Origin: Vicugna vicugna
Taxonomy: Eukaryota
NCBI GenBank assembly: GCA_013265495.1
Contig: MU058221.1
Location: 806,001 to 870,000, forward strand
Reading direction: 5' to 3'
DNA: 64,000 nt
In this document: piece by piece, positions 10,661 through 22,900 of the stretch
Numbering within the stretch: position 1 is the stretch's first letter
Layout of the letters: each line of letters begins with the position of its first letter
Notes under the pieces: generated by a model
What the model saw: only the letters and a program-made list of their open reading frames with translations
Databases searched by the model: none
What the model was told of the DNA's origin: nothing
Translations under genes and position numbers: made by a program

Positions 10661-11791
10661 GCCAGCAAAAATTAACAAGTGGGACCTAATTAAACTTAGC
10701 AAAGGAAACCATGAGGAAAACAAACCACCACCTACGGAATGGGAGAAAATATTCACAAATGATATGACTGACAAAAGTTTTCCAGAATATGTAAACAGCT
10801 CATACGACTTAATAACAACAGCAACAAAAAAACCCCAAACATCCCAATCCAAAACCAAGCAGAAAACCTAAACAAGCAGTTCTCCAATGAAGACATACAA
10901 ATGGCCAGTAGACACATGAAAAAATGTTCATTATTTCTAATTATCAGAGAAATGCAAATCAAAACTACAATGAGGTATCACCTCATACCAGTCAGAATGT
11001 CTCTCATTCAAAAGTCCACGAACTGTAAATGCTGGAGAGGGAGTGGAGAAAAGGGAACCCTCCTACACCGTTGGTGGGAATGCAGTTTGGTGCAGCCATT
11101 ATGGAAAACAGTATGGAGATTCCTCAATAGACTAAAAATCGACTCACCATATGATCCAACAATCCCACTTCTGGGCATATATCAGGAGGAAATGCTAATT
11201 TAAAAATACATGCACCCCGATGTTCACAGCAGCACTATTTACAATAGCCAAGACATGGAGACAACCTAAATGTCCATCAGCGGAGGACTGGATAAAGAAG
11301 CTGTGGTATATTTATACAATGGAATACTACTCAGCCATAAAAAAGAATGAAATAATGCCATTTACAGCCACATAGATGGACATGGACATCATCATTCTAA
11401 GTGAAGTAAGTCAGAAAGAGAAAGAAACATGCCATATGAGATCGCTCATAAGTGGAATCTAAAAAAAGAAAAAAGAAAACACTAATGAACTCATCTACAA
11501 AACAGAAACAGACTCACAGACATAGTAAACAATCTTATGGTTATTCGGAAAAAGGGTGGGAAGGGATAAATTTGGGAGTTTGAGATTTGCAAATGTTAGC
11601 CACTACACATTAAAGTAGATACAAAAAATTTTCTTCCGTACAGCACAGGGAACTATATTCGATATATTGTAATAACCTTTAATGAAAAAGAACATGAAAA
11701 TGAATATACGTATGTATATGCATGACTGGGACATTGTGCTGTGCCCCAGAAACTGACACATTGTAACTGACTATACTTCAATCAAAAAGCA
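10661..11791 (+). mobile_element. 5'-truncated camelid-type L1 (ORF2 C-terminus and 3' UTR)
   Basis: ORF2 C-terminal peptides ([37 protein letters not shown]), 3' UTR, and TSD atcacacattt at 10650-10660 and 11792-11802. Confidence 0.93.
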
Positions 11792-11904
11792 ATCACACAT
11801 TTACTAAATTATCAAGCTATAATGCAAATGGAATCTTTTCCGTTGTAAAGTGCATACCCTTAAACCTTGCATTATGGGTACTTTGCACGAGGGTTAAGGA
11901 AAGT

Positions 11905-12100
11905 CATCTTAGGCTTAATTATCGGCTTCACCGCTATTACCTGTGTGACCTCGGGCAAGGTATGTCACCCAGCTGGGTCTCAATGTCTTCCAACATAAAT
12001 TTGGGCAAATGAGAATTCCTAACTTCTATGAGTGCTAAAGGAGTCGATACGTATGAAGTGCTTAAAAATATACTTATGTAATAGTAATCACTCAAAACTA
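11905..12100 (+). mobile_element. MIR SINE
   Basis: ctgtgtgacctcgggcaagg...tatgaagtgctta...tagtaatcactcaa. Confidence 0.7.
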
Positions 12101-12144
12101 CTAGCTTTTATAATGATTACTAGTGATGCAGTTAATTTGTGTAT

Positions 12145-13330
12145 CAGAACGGGGCCGCCCCTGCGGCGCCGCCCACATCGCACGTCTCACCCTGCGTCCC
12201 CTGCGCCCGGGGGGCCCGCGGAGGAGGCCCGGTCCCAGCCTGCAGCGCACCTCCGTCGAGCTCGCCTCGTACCCCGCGAAGCGGGGCCTGCTCAGCTTCC
12301 CGGGAAGCCCCCGGACTCCCGGCCCTCCAGGCCTGGTTTCCGCGCTGCCTCTTCTGGCCTCCGTGCAGTTCGCGCGTGCTGAAACCCGCTCAGGACGAGA
12401 GCCCCGGCTCGGGAGGCGCTGCGTCCGCCCTCGGTGCGCGGGCTCCTCTCCCCTGCGCTCAGGGGAGACGTCAGGCTCCTTGCGAAATTGTTTATCCGCT
12501 CGGCTTGCGTTTACCACTCTTCATGAAAAGCATTTCAGATTAGGCTTGTCGGCCAATAGGAGGCAGAGGCTTTAGCTGAAGACTCTGCATTCTAAATAAA
12601 CCTCAGCTGGAAGCAGGGGCTCTTCCTGGAGCTCACGGACGAACGGCTGCAGTATTTCAGGTCGTGTCTTCTTATCCCACGTGAGTTTGGCTTTATGGAT
12701 TCCCCCGCCCCAGCATGTATTAATTAGTGTTTAGCTTGTGATTCGGAGTTTTGGAGAAGGGGACAGAGTAGCAAACGGAAAGCAGGTAGCTTTTGTTTGT
12801 TGGCTTACTTTCACGCAGCTTCAGAGTCTGCAGGGTGCTCGGGGACAGACACGCGCATGAGCACACGCGCACGCGCACAGACAGATGTGTGGCCAATGTG
12901 CTGCGCAAGCCAAGGGCGGCGCTGTGAGCGAGTCAGACGCAGGCTCGACGCCAGCCCGGGGGCGGGGGCGAGGCCCCGCAGACGAGACGGTCGCCCAGGC
13001 CTGCGTCCCGCGGAGTGTGCGTGTGCGGATGCGAATGAGACTCCGGCGAGGCCGTCGCGAGGCTTCACTGTGTGTTTTGAAGAAGGCATCGACCGCCTCC
13101 GGGAGAGCAGGTGGGAACGGCAGACAGAGCGGCCTGCGAAGGGCGGCCGGCGGGATGCCCCCGGTCCTGTTGCCTGGAGCGCACGACGGCCGGGCGACAG
13201 CGGGCGGCAGCCGGGTCAACCGCTGTTTAAAGAACTGAGCTGAGGAGACCTAGCGGTGAACCAGGCGCGGCTGCGGCAGCGGGTTGTGTGGTTCCCGCTC
13301 AGACCCCCTCTGCCCGGCCGTGTCCGAGCC
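12145..13330. promoter_or_regulatory. CpG island, probable bidirectional promoter
   Basis: Two CpG-dense blocks (about 12145-12510 and 12840-13330). Motifs include CCAAT at about 12553 and 12893, a GC box at about 12958-12968, an NRF1-like GCGCACGCGC at about 12867, CACGTG at 12678 and a CRE-like site at about 12466. Donors face outward: minus CAGG|GTGAGA (intron starts at 12190) and plus GCAG|GTGGGA (intron starts at 13111). Confidence 0.8.
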
Positions 13331-15224
13331 TGGGCTCCTATCTGACCCCTTCCACAGGGAAATTCAAGAACCTGCTTGGATTCCTGACTCCTCACACTCT
13401 CACCCCAAGCCACTGACTGTCAGTCTCCAGAGGACCGTGCCCCTCGGCGCAGAATGTCTCGTGTATCCAAGTCCCTTTCTCAGTCTCTGCGTCCAGGGAA
13501 CCTGAAATAAAGCAGCCGGGCAGCTGGCGAGGGACAAACTATTTCCAGGATGTTTCTCATTCTTCTCGCTAAAGCAACATCCAAACGCACTGAAGGTACA
13601 GCTGATGATGGAAACTGTATGTGAGTTCAGCTGGGGACGTACTGGGCTTGAGACCCACAGGAGCCAAGCAAGCAGAGATGTCACGTTATTGCTAAAGGAG
13701 GGACCTGTCCTTTGTGGGTCTCTGAAAGGGAAGGAGGTAAAATTAGACTGTACAGATGTCGTAGAAAGTAAGTGCATCTTGGAAACGAGACAGCAAGTAG
13801 CACGAGCAAAAGGTGGTCTCCCCTCCAAGATCGGGGATGGCAGTGGGCCACTTGCTGGCAGGATTCTGTCCACATTTTCCCGAAAGGTCCCTTTCATGTC
13901 GAGGTTGGAAAATTTACCCTTTCGGTGTGTTTTGGTCAGGGCACTATTTCTGAAGTGATACCAGCTATTTCTGCAGCTTTCAGCTGTCTGTACTTTGCGC
14001 TGGGAAAAACTGTGTGAAGGCTTTTTTTCCCGAGGCTGTGCATCAGCTTTATCTGGGGTTGATCCCAGCAGCAGAATTACTGTGTGTCATGTTCAACCCA
14101 CTCGTGGTTTAATCTTTTATTGTCAGAGTAGATCACTGCTCTGCCCATCTCTGCTTTGAATGGAATCTAGAGAATCTAACTTATTTCCAGCCAATGGCAT
14201 GGAAGACGCTGCATTTCAACCTGCTGGGCTAGCTTCTTTGTCTCCGTTGCCGTCTAGTCACAAAACCGTTATGCTCACTTCATCCAGGTTGGGGACTATA
14301 ATTTGACAGAACTTTTTCCCTTGATTTTGCCGATGAGTTTCTATTTCCTTCTCCGGCTTGTTTTAATTTCAGAATGCAGAAACTTTTCTCAACATGGGCC
14401 TGAGCTATCTCTGTTGCAAGACGTGTCTTAGGGAAAACGAGGATTTATTTCATGTTGTTTTTCCATGTGTTCCTTCTCTAAAGTGGTTTCAGTAAAGAAG
14501 AGGGGAAAGATTTTCTTCCCAAATTAAACATAGAGGACATCTCAGCACCTGGACGCGAGGATAGACATCAGCTCATTGTTTATAATAAACTATTTATATG
14601 TACTCTGGAACTAAAGGGAAAATTTAGTTTGATGCTATAAATTGTGTTTATATATAATTTGCAAGACTCTCAGCTCCTACAGCTCCCAGATATTATACAC
14701 TGTGCAAGTGGGTGTAGTGTTCTTTCTTCCCAGGTAATTAGTAACATTCCAATAATAATGAGGAGCTTTTGGTTGCATATATATTTAAAAACTGTTGTGT
14801 AAGCTTGCATCTCAGACAGGGTACATTCTGTGTTTGAAGAAGTAATTCACGTTCTCTGTAGGTAACAGGAGGAAAGAAAGAACACCGTGCTGTATGCTGG
14901 GCAGGTGGCGACAGAGGGCGGGGAGTTTAAGGACTCCTTGCTCTTCCGGGCCATCGCAGCGTTTTGGAACAACGTCATCTATCTTGTCTTCTATATTTTC
15001 TTTCTTTGAGGGGAGTTAAGGATTCCTTATTCTTCTGGGTCATTACAGGACTTCGGATTGACGTTATCTGTCAGCTTCTGTTTTCTCTTTCTTTAACCTC
15101 AGGCAGGCTCACCTTCCCCAGGCAGCGTGTTTTTGGGGGGAACGGAGCCCAGTAATACGCACATGGTCATCTCCTTCGAAAATGATCTCAGTGACTAGAG
15201 TGTAGACGAGGAACGTAAAGAGAA

Positions 15225-15435
15225 ATACAGGTGAATGTCTAGTAGAAAGAGGAAGAAACAAAACGAAGGAAGATAAGAACTCATCAAGAAAGGAGAGGGT
15301 TAAGGAAGGGAAGAAGTGAGGAGGAAAGAAAACAAGAGAGAAATTTGAAAGGGAGTCGGGGGCCGGACGGTCGGAGGAGAGAGACGGGAGACAGAAAACA
15401 AAGGAGAAAAGAGGTGAAAACATAGGGAAAGAGAG
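15225..15435. repeat. Purine-rich (A/G) low-complexity tract
   Basis: Strong A/G strand bias with no fixed period. Confidence 0.7.
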
Positions 15436-15929
15436 TCTGCTTGGTGGGTTTGTCATTTCGTAGATTTGCGCCCAGAATCTGCCTTTTATCAAAGTACACG
15501 TGTTAAGGGACAGCACAGTCTTACTGCGCACTGCGCAAAATCCTCGGTGACCTGTTATTTTTGATAATAAAAAGCTGTCATTTCCACAAATGGGTTTTAT
15601 CTATTAACCCCGTAGCCTGCTTGATATGGCCTGAGACTGAGTCCGAAAGTCCACGTGAGCTCACAGGTGGAGTGCAGTCGGCTGCCATCAGGTCCCACTG
15701 AACAGTGTAGCTCCTGCAAAAGCCCGGCCCAGCAGGCCCGCTGCCTCAGACGTGCTGCTGCCGGGGAGTCCGCCCATTTCTCCGTGGAGAACCCCGGGGC
15801 TCGCTGCTTCGGGCTGGCACTTTGACCACTTGCACAGTGAGAGGGGGGTTTCCAGCCATCTTGTCCTCCGCCCCCTCCCTCCCTCCCTTCTCCCTCGTTC
15901 TCTCATTCTCTTTCTTTCTTTGATCACAG

Positions 15930-15996
15930 CAGAGTGACTGACTCAGGCCTGTATTTGAGTATTTGTATTGAGTATTGTACACCAAAATGCCACTCA
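15930..15996 (+). other. Candidate small exon with ATG (15987) and a strong donor
   Basis: About 50-nt polypyrimidine tract, a tandem acceptor cag|cag| (15929/15932), then aaaATGCCACTCA|gtaagt. Confidence 0.5.
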
Positions 15997-16839
15997 GTAA
16001 GTATCGCTTGGAGGGGATGAGCTGGAGGGGCAGGGCTGTAGTGGGGAGACTGCCTGCTCATTACAGATGAGGCATTCATTAAAAGTTTGGGAGTTGTTCT
16101 GCAATTTAATTGTTTGCTTTCCTAGACTTGTTACTTAGAATGTGCCCACATGGTTCAAATGACTTGCTAACTTCCCACAGAATGAGCTGACATGCCTCCA
16201 ATTAATAATGATTTATTCAGTAGTGTTGATTGCAATCTGAATAGTGATACTTAAAATATTAATTGCTTATATTTTGTTGAGTGGGGAGAGGAGTGATCCT
16301 TCAAAGAGTCATCCTACACTTAGGGAATGAATTGATAAGCTGCCGTCCAAATCTGTGTCTACAAAGAATTTTAGTGATGTGAGGAAATTACAACATTTGA
16401 AATAAAATGAGCATAAAAATTGTACTGATAATCTGGTTTCAATTATATATATATGCATATATGTGTGTCTATGTGTCATATGTGAATAAAATATGACATT
16501 TTATAGTTGCTATCTTTAGATGATTGGATATTGGGCAGTTGATTTTTTTCTTTTATCCTCACCTATGTCTTCAATAGGAAACTGTTCCAAATTTTCCATT
16601 AGTCAAACTACTTATTTGAACAAATAAAATTTAGTAGGACATTTTATGGATTTAATTTTTCTTTATGGTGGAATCAAATTCAAAGCCCAGTATTCTGTAG
16701 TGCTTTTCACATTATAAGGAAAGGAAATGATTAAGTTGTCAAAATATCAAAATGGTACTTCATCCATTATAGAACTAAAGCAGTGTGACAAAATTCAGTA
16801 TTTATTTATTTATGCTTATGAAGACTGTTTGGAAAGCTG

Positions 16840-17340
16840 TTTCTTAAACACTAGTTTATGTCATTTGAGAGACAAAAATGCAGCTGATTGGACAGAGCTA
16901 AAGATTCAAAGAAACCAGGACTTCAAGGCTCTAGCTTAGTTACTCAAGTATTTTTTTTCCTCTCTTATTCTTCCTCTACAGTTTTTTCCCAACTTGCTTT
17001 CTTCGTCTTGCCGAGATTATCTCCTCTCACTTCAGACATCTATTCTTTTCCTGGCTCAGATTTAGCCACCCCAGCAGGAAAAAAAAATCAACCTCCCAGG
17101 ATTTATACAGCAGTTCTGGGGAAGAACCATTGGCCCTGTTTGATGTGCATACCCTTCACTGGACCAGTCATCACTACGAGGGCCATGGGACTGGGGATGA
17201 TGATCACTCAGACCCAGTGTGAAGCCTGGTGAAGGAGAGACACTGAAATGGAGAGCGTACAGTAAATGAGTGGGCAGCAGGCCTGTGATCCATTCTCCCC
17301 TTTTACTGAGTGCTGCCTGTAGAAGACAAAAGGCACGAAG
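16840..17340 (-). mobile_element. Old ERVL/MaLR-type LTR fragment (LTR33/MLT1-like)
   Basis: cattggccctgtttgatgtgcatacccttcactggaccagtcatcactacgagggccatggg resembles an antisense LTR33/MLT1 sequence. Confidence 0.5.
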
Positions 17341-19262
17341 GCTATAAACCTGAGTAAGTGAAAAATGGAGAGGGCGCACGATCAGAGTCACTGCTTGTCT
17401 GTAAATTATGTTACTGCACAGAACAGTTAAGGGCCTCTCATGTTAATCTGGGCCGAATGTGGCAAGAAAAGATCTGGGACATGGTGCCGAGGTCCCAGAC
17501 GCCTCCCTGTGCTGATGATTCTGCCTCACACTTACTTGTGTTCTTAAGAATTTTACTACAGTGCCTACTGAGATAATTTTTAACTTGCGCAAATGCAGTT
17601 GAAAACCCAGCCCTTTGTGTTAAGCCTTGCCAAAACCATATGGATTGGAGCTGGGAGGGTTCTCTGATTAAATAAATGACCATACACAGGTAAATCATTT
17701 TTATAAAAGTTCTCTGAAGACCAGATATGTATTGAAAGACTTACATAGAAGGATAGAAAGTGTATCTTCATTAATTAAGGCCAATTTGGGTACCAGGGCG
17801 AAGCAACAGATGTTGTCATAAATAATCAAAGTACCAATTTGTTTCCTTAGAAAACCTTGCATTGCTAGCTTTCTAGGAAAAACGGTTTCATGTTGTAAAC
17901 TGGCTAAATCCCGGTATTGAACTTCTTCAAAATGCAAGGGCTATCGTAGATCACAGATACTGTGATTTAATAATAAAAAAATACAAATAAATATTTTTTA
18001 GATTTGCTTGCATTCATTCCTCCGTTAGAACTTGGGCAGTTGGAATTTTGACTTATAAATAAGCCAAACAATAAATATGACAGTTCACAAGGGCCATAGG
18101 TAAGATGTTTGGGAACGCCTGGTAAGAGTCAAGGAAAGGGGAGAACCAGGAGCTGCATAGTTAGTAAAAAAAATTTACGACATTTTAGAACAGGCACCCA
18201 CAATTATGAAGTTGGTTTGTCTGTAATACAAAAAAATGATTGGAGGTCTAACCAAGTGGGGTATGTGTGTATAGCGACCATATAATAATTGATCACAAGG
18301 ATTTCTTCCCTTTGCCAAGGCAAACATCAATGCTACCTGACTTCTGCCTTCAAACAGGCTTAGAAAAGACGCCTAAGTCACACTCATTCTGAGAAGAGCA
18401 ACCACGGAAGGGGCAGATACTAGCTCCAAATATACTTTCCTCATTAGCACCGTTAACATGGCCCAGCGTTCCTACATTTATTAAATCTTTTTTTTTTGCG
18501 TTTTCTTGGATTTAGACTCATCTGCATAAAGTAATAATTGCTAGTCATTGTACTGCATTGAATCTCATACCGACACTGTACAATGATACAGTTTTAATTA
18601 TTCACAGTTCCATGTATGCACATTCCAATTTTTGGAAGCCCTAAACTTGGGCTGAGTACAGTTACATCTCTTCTTAGTGTACTTATTTTTATTCTCTAGT
18701 TGCTGTCTGTCTTTCTTGTAGTTGGTGCTCCATTTTCTAAACTATATTTAGTCAAGGACAGAATAATGGTCTTTCTCCTTTCTTTCAGTTTTATCTCTCC
18801 ACCAAAGACACTGCTACACATGATATTTTTGTAGGCATAAGACCACAGTGAGCGGTTGCCTCATCTTCAAAATAAAAATAATAACTCTCATGCGTATGTT
18901 TTGATCAATAATATACCTAAAATGCTGTCACAGTCTCCGGCATGTAATAAATATTTAGGAAATCTGAGTTTCTAATTCTAATGCTCTCGTTGCCCATTTT
19001 ACAGTCTCATAAATGACTTCTTTAGATTGTTTCTTTTACTGTCACATCTTAATAGCTCTAAACTTTTACAAACACTGGTAAATGTTTCCTTTTGCTAGTT
19101 GCTTATATTAATTTAGAAGTTGTAAGTACTCTGCTTTGTTATAGAATCTACCGACTGACCTAAAATGAATTGGAGATTTTGGTGTATTTTTCCACGTCCA
19201 GTTTGCTTAAAAAATTTGGTAGAAACCTCTGAATCATTTCCCATTTCACATTAACCTTATCG

Positions 19263-20995
19263 GGCCCCATGTGTTTATTTTTGCTTTTATTTCCCTTGTT
19301 CTAGGAGATACATTTTTAAAAATTGTTACAATTTATGTCAAAGGGTATTCCTGCAAAGCTTTCTTCCAGGAGTTTTGTGATATCCAGTCTTACATCTAGG
19401 TCTTTAATCTACTTTGAGTCTATTTTTGTGTAAGATGTTAGAGAATGTTCTCATTTTATTCTTTTACATGTAGCTGTCTGGTTTTCCCATCGCCACTTGA
19501 AGAGGCTGCCTTTCCTCCGCTGTATATTCTTTCTCCTTTGTCATAGACCACTTGACCACAAGCGTGTGGCTTTATTCCTGGACTCTCTGTTCTGTCCCTT
19601 GATCTGTGTGTCTGATTTTGTGCCAGTGCCATGCTGTTTTGATGACTGCAGCTTCACAGTAGAGTCTGAAGTCAGGAAGCATATTTCCTGTAGCTCTGTT
19701 CTTCTTCCTTAAGGTGGTTTGGCTCCTCAGGGCCTTTTGTGTTTCCGTACCAATTTGAAAGTTATTTGTTCTAACTCCGTGGAAAATGCCATTGGTGTTT
19801 TGACAGGGATTGCACGGAAGCTGTAGATTGCCTTGAGTAGCACGGTCATATTAACAACATTAATTCTTCCAGTCCAAGAACATAATATATCTTTCTGTCT
19901 GTTTGGACAGCAAAGGAAACCATAGACAAAACAAAGAGACAGCCCTACTTACTGTATGGGAGAAAGTATTTGCAAATGATATGGATGATAAAGGGTTAAC
20001 ATCCAACATACATAAACAGCTTATATAATGTATCATCAGAAAAACAAACAAAAAAAGATTAAAAAATGGGCAGAGGTTCTAAACAGGCATTTTTTCAAAG
20101 AAGAAATGCAGATGGCCAACAGACACATGAAAAGATGCTCAACGTCACTGATCATCAAGGAAAAGAAAATCAAAACTACAAAGAGATTTTATCTCACACA
20201 TGCCAGAAGAACTATTATCCAAAAGAACACAAGTAACCAATGTTGGTGAGGATTTAGAAAAAAAAAGGAATCCTTGTACACTGTTGGTGGGAATGTAAAT
20301 TGGTGCACCTATGTGAAAATCAATGTGGAGAGTTCTCAAAAAAAAAAAAAAAAGTAGAACTGTCATATGACCCAGCAATGCCACTCCTGGACATATATCT
20401 GAAAAAGAAAACAAAAACACTAATTCAAAATGATCCATGCACCCAATATTCACAGAAGCATGATTTGCAGTTGCCAAGATACAGAAGCAATCTAGGTGTC
20501 CATCAACAGATAAATGGAGAAAGAAGATGTGTATGTATACAATGGAATACTACTCAGCCATAAAGAAGAATTAAACGTTGCTATTTGCAGCAACATGGAA
20601 AGACTTGAAGGGAATTGTGCTAAGTGAAACAAGTCAGACAAAGACAAATACGGTATGATATCACTTGTGTCTGAAATCTAAGACACACAACAAACTAGTG
20701 ACTATAACAAAAAAGAAGCAAAATCACAGATACAGGGAACAAACTAGTAGTCACCAGTGGGAAGGAGAGGGGCAGGGCAATCTAGAGGCCAGCAATTACG
20801 AGGTACAAAGTATCGGGTATAAAATAAGCTACAAAGGTATGTTGTACAGCAGGGAGACCACAGCAGCTATCTTACAATAACCATAAATGGAGTGTAATCT
20901 TTAAATTTGTGAATCACTATATTGTCCATCTGTAACTTATAGACTATTATAATCAACTGCAATTCAGTTGAAATAAAACTAAAATATTAAAAAAC
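19263..20995 (+). mobile_element. 5'-inverted L1 (19263-19905 inverted, 19906-20995 sense)
   Basis: An antisense ORF2 segment abuts the sense acagcaaaggaaaccat..., followed by the ORF2 C-terminus ([17 protein letters not shown]), the 3' UTR and an A-rich tail. Confidence 0.9.
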
Positions 20996-21079
20996 ATTAT
21001 TTTACAATAGCTACAAGCACTGACAGTCTGATTTCTGTGCTGATTCTATGATGTCTACCCCGCCTACCTTGTCCCTTAT

Positions 21080-21900
21080 TCATCTGGCCTCAGTCAGGCG
21101 AGGTTCATCCCTGCTGATCCTTTAAAACACACACTGGGTTCTGCCTCAGGGCCTTGGCACTATTTTTTCTCGTTACCTGTGATGTGGACACTTCACATTT
21201 CCCCCTAGCTACATCCTCATCTTCTTCAAGTAATTGCTCAAATGACTCCTTCTCAGGGCGGCCCATCTTAATCACACAACCATCATTGCCCAGTATGGGA
21301 GGAAGGTTGAGTTCAGGACCTCCCTACCTAGGATACCAAAATCTGCAGATGTTCAAGTCCCTTAAAGCAGCATAACATTTGCATATAGCCTGCAAAAATG
21401 TTCCCCTCTACTTCAAATTATCACTAGATTAGTTATAATATCTACTATGATGTAAATGATATGTTGTAGTATCTACTTAATGTAAATATAAAATAATTAC
21501 TATGATGGAAGTAATCACCAGTACATGGTAAGTTCAAGTTTTGCTTTTTGGAACTTTAGGGAACTTAAAAAAAAATATTTTTGATCCCCATTTGGTTGAA
21601 TCTATGCATATGGAACTTGTGAATACCGAGGGCCAACTGTATTTAAAATTGAAATTTGCCACAGTATCTTCACTTTCCTTTATTTCTTCTAATTTATTTT
21701 CATACTGAACACAAATCATTTATTTATTTTATTTATCACTTCTAAATAATGTATAACTTGTTTATATGTCATAGTTCTTGTGCCTGGAGTTTAAGATCCA
21801 TGAGGACCGGGGCTAATATCTATTTTGAACACTGATGGATACCAGCTCCATAGATCATAGCAGGTGCTCAGTAATCATGTTTTAAAGGAATGAGTAAATT
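21080..21900 (+). mobile_element. L2 3' end, interrupted by MER2
   Basis: ctgcctcagggccttggcact...tgctcaaatgactccttctcag...ccatgaggaccggg...catagcaggtgctcagtaa. Confidence 0.75.
21277..21639 (+). mobile_element. MER2 (MER2B-like) Tigger MITE
   Basis: ggataccaaaatctgcagatgttcaagtccctt...caagttttgctttttggaacttt...ggttgaatc...gaataccgagggccaactg, followed by TA. Confidence 0.85.
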
Positions 21901-22289
21901 AACCCCCAATCAGGTTTATTTTCATAAAGTAAACCTTGATTAAATTAAGATTTTGGGTGGTCACATGTCTCTATCCAATACTGAGCCTGATCAGATAGCT
22001 CGGAATCCCTCTGAAAGATGTTTCAGTGGAATGTCCCTCTTCCCCACCCTACACATTCTCAATACTTATTAAAGTAAATAATTCAAATATATGTATCTCA
22101 TTTTTTTTCATCTCTGACATACTCAAGCATACTAATTTTCTGGTAAGTATTCACTTTTATTGAAGTTGAACTTGCTTATCTGTGAGTTTATTACTGTACT
22201 TAATTATGTAATTTTTCAAAATAATGTATAAAGTGTATTTCCTTGTACGTGATATTGTTTAATACTAATACGAAAAAGAACATGGACGT

Positions 22290-22510
22290 TGAGGTCTGGC
22301 AAGCTTGAGTATTCACACAGATTCTGATATTTACTAGTTATTTGGTCTTAAATGCTCTGAACTCCAGTTTCCCCACCTTAAGTCGGAATAAAAGTGCTCT
22401 TTACTCATGTGGTTTTGTGGAGCTGAGCGAGGTGCAGCCATAACGCACTTCATGTGACGCTCTCTGCACAGGGATGCTCAGCCCACGCCCTTGGCGTAGG
22501 AGGCATCTGC
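22290..22510 (+). mobile_element. MIR SINE
   Basis: ctctgaactccagtttccccaccttaagtcggaataaaag...actcatgtggttttgtggag. Confidence 0.6.
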
Positions 22511-22698
22511 TGACCACGTGTTGCGCAGTGTAGTGAACAGGCTCACGTTTCCTTGGTACCTCCTTCAAAACCAAATTTATCATCTTTACTTCAGCCAAGA
22601 GTTTTCAACTAGGAGGAATTTTGGAGTTCCTTGCAAAGTATCCCTTGTTCATTTGTCATGTCTTATAGTCCTTGAACTTAACAGGTTAGCGTTCAGTG

Positions 22699-22900
22699 CC
22701 AGGACCAGTAAGCGTTCTGTAAAGGAGCAGACAGTGTTTGAGTCCTCGTGCGCTGTGGGATCTCGGTCACAGTCACTCAGCTCTGCTGGCGCAGCACTGA
22801 GTAGCAGGAGGAGACAATAAATGGATGGCTGTGGCTGAGTTCCAGCAAAATTTCACTTACAAAAGCCGGCAGTGGGCTGCATTTCGACCTACGCTACTGG
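22699..22900 (+). mobile_element. MER58A hAT-Charlie MITE
   Basis: ttctgtaaaggagcagacagt...gtcacagtcactcagctctgc...gtggctgagttccagcaaaatttcacttacaaaagccggcagtgggctgcattt. Confidence 0.8.

Noticed and set aside
10659..11203. ORFs resembling a reverse-transcriptase protein C-terminus
   Set aside because: Broken L1 ORF2 fragments rather than host genes. The same applies at 3134-3580, 20028-20563 and 37248-39402.
12032..13243. Overlapping 90-150 aa ORFs rich in R, P, G and A
   Set aside because: Expected stop-codon depletion in a CpG island; no recognisable protein.
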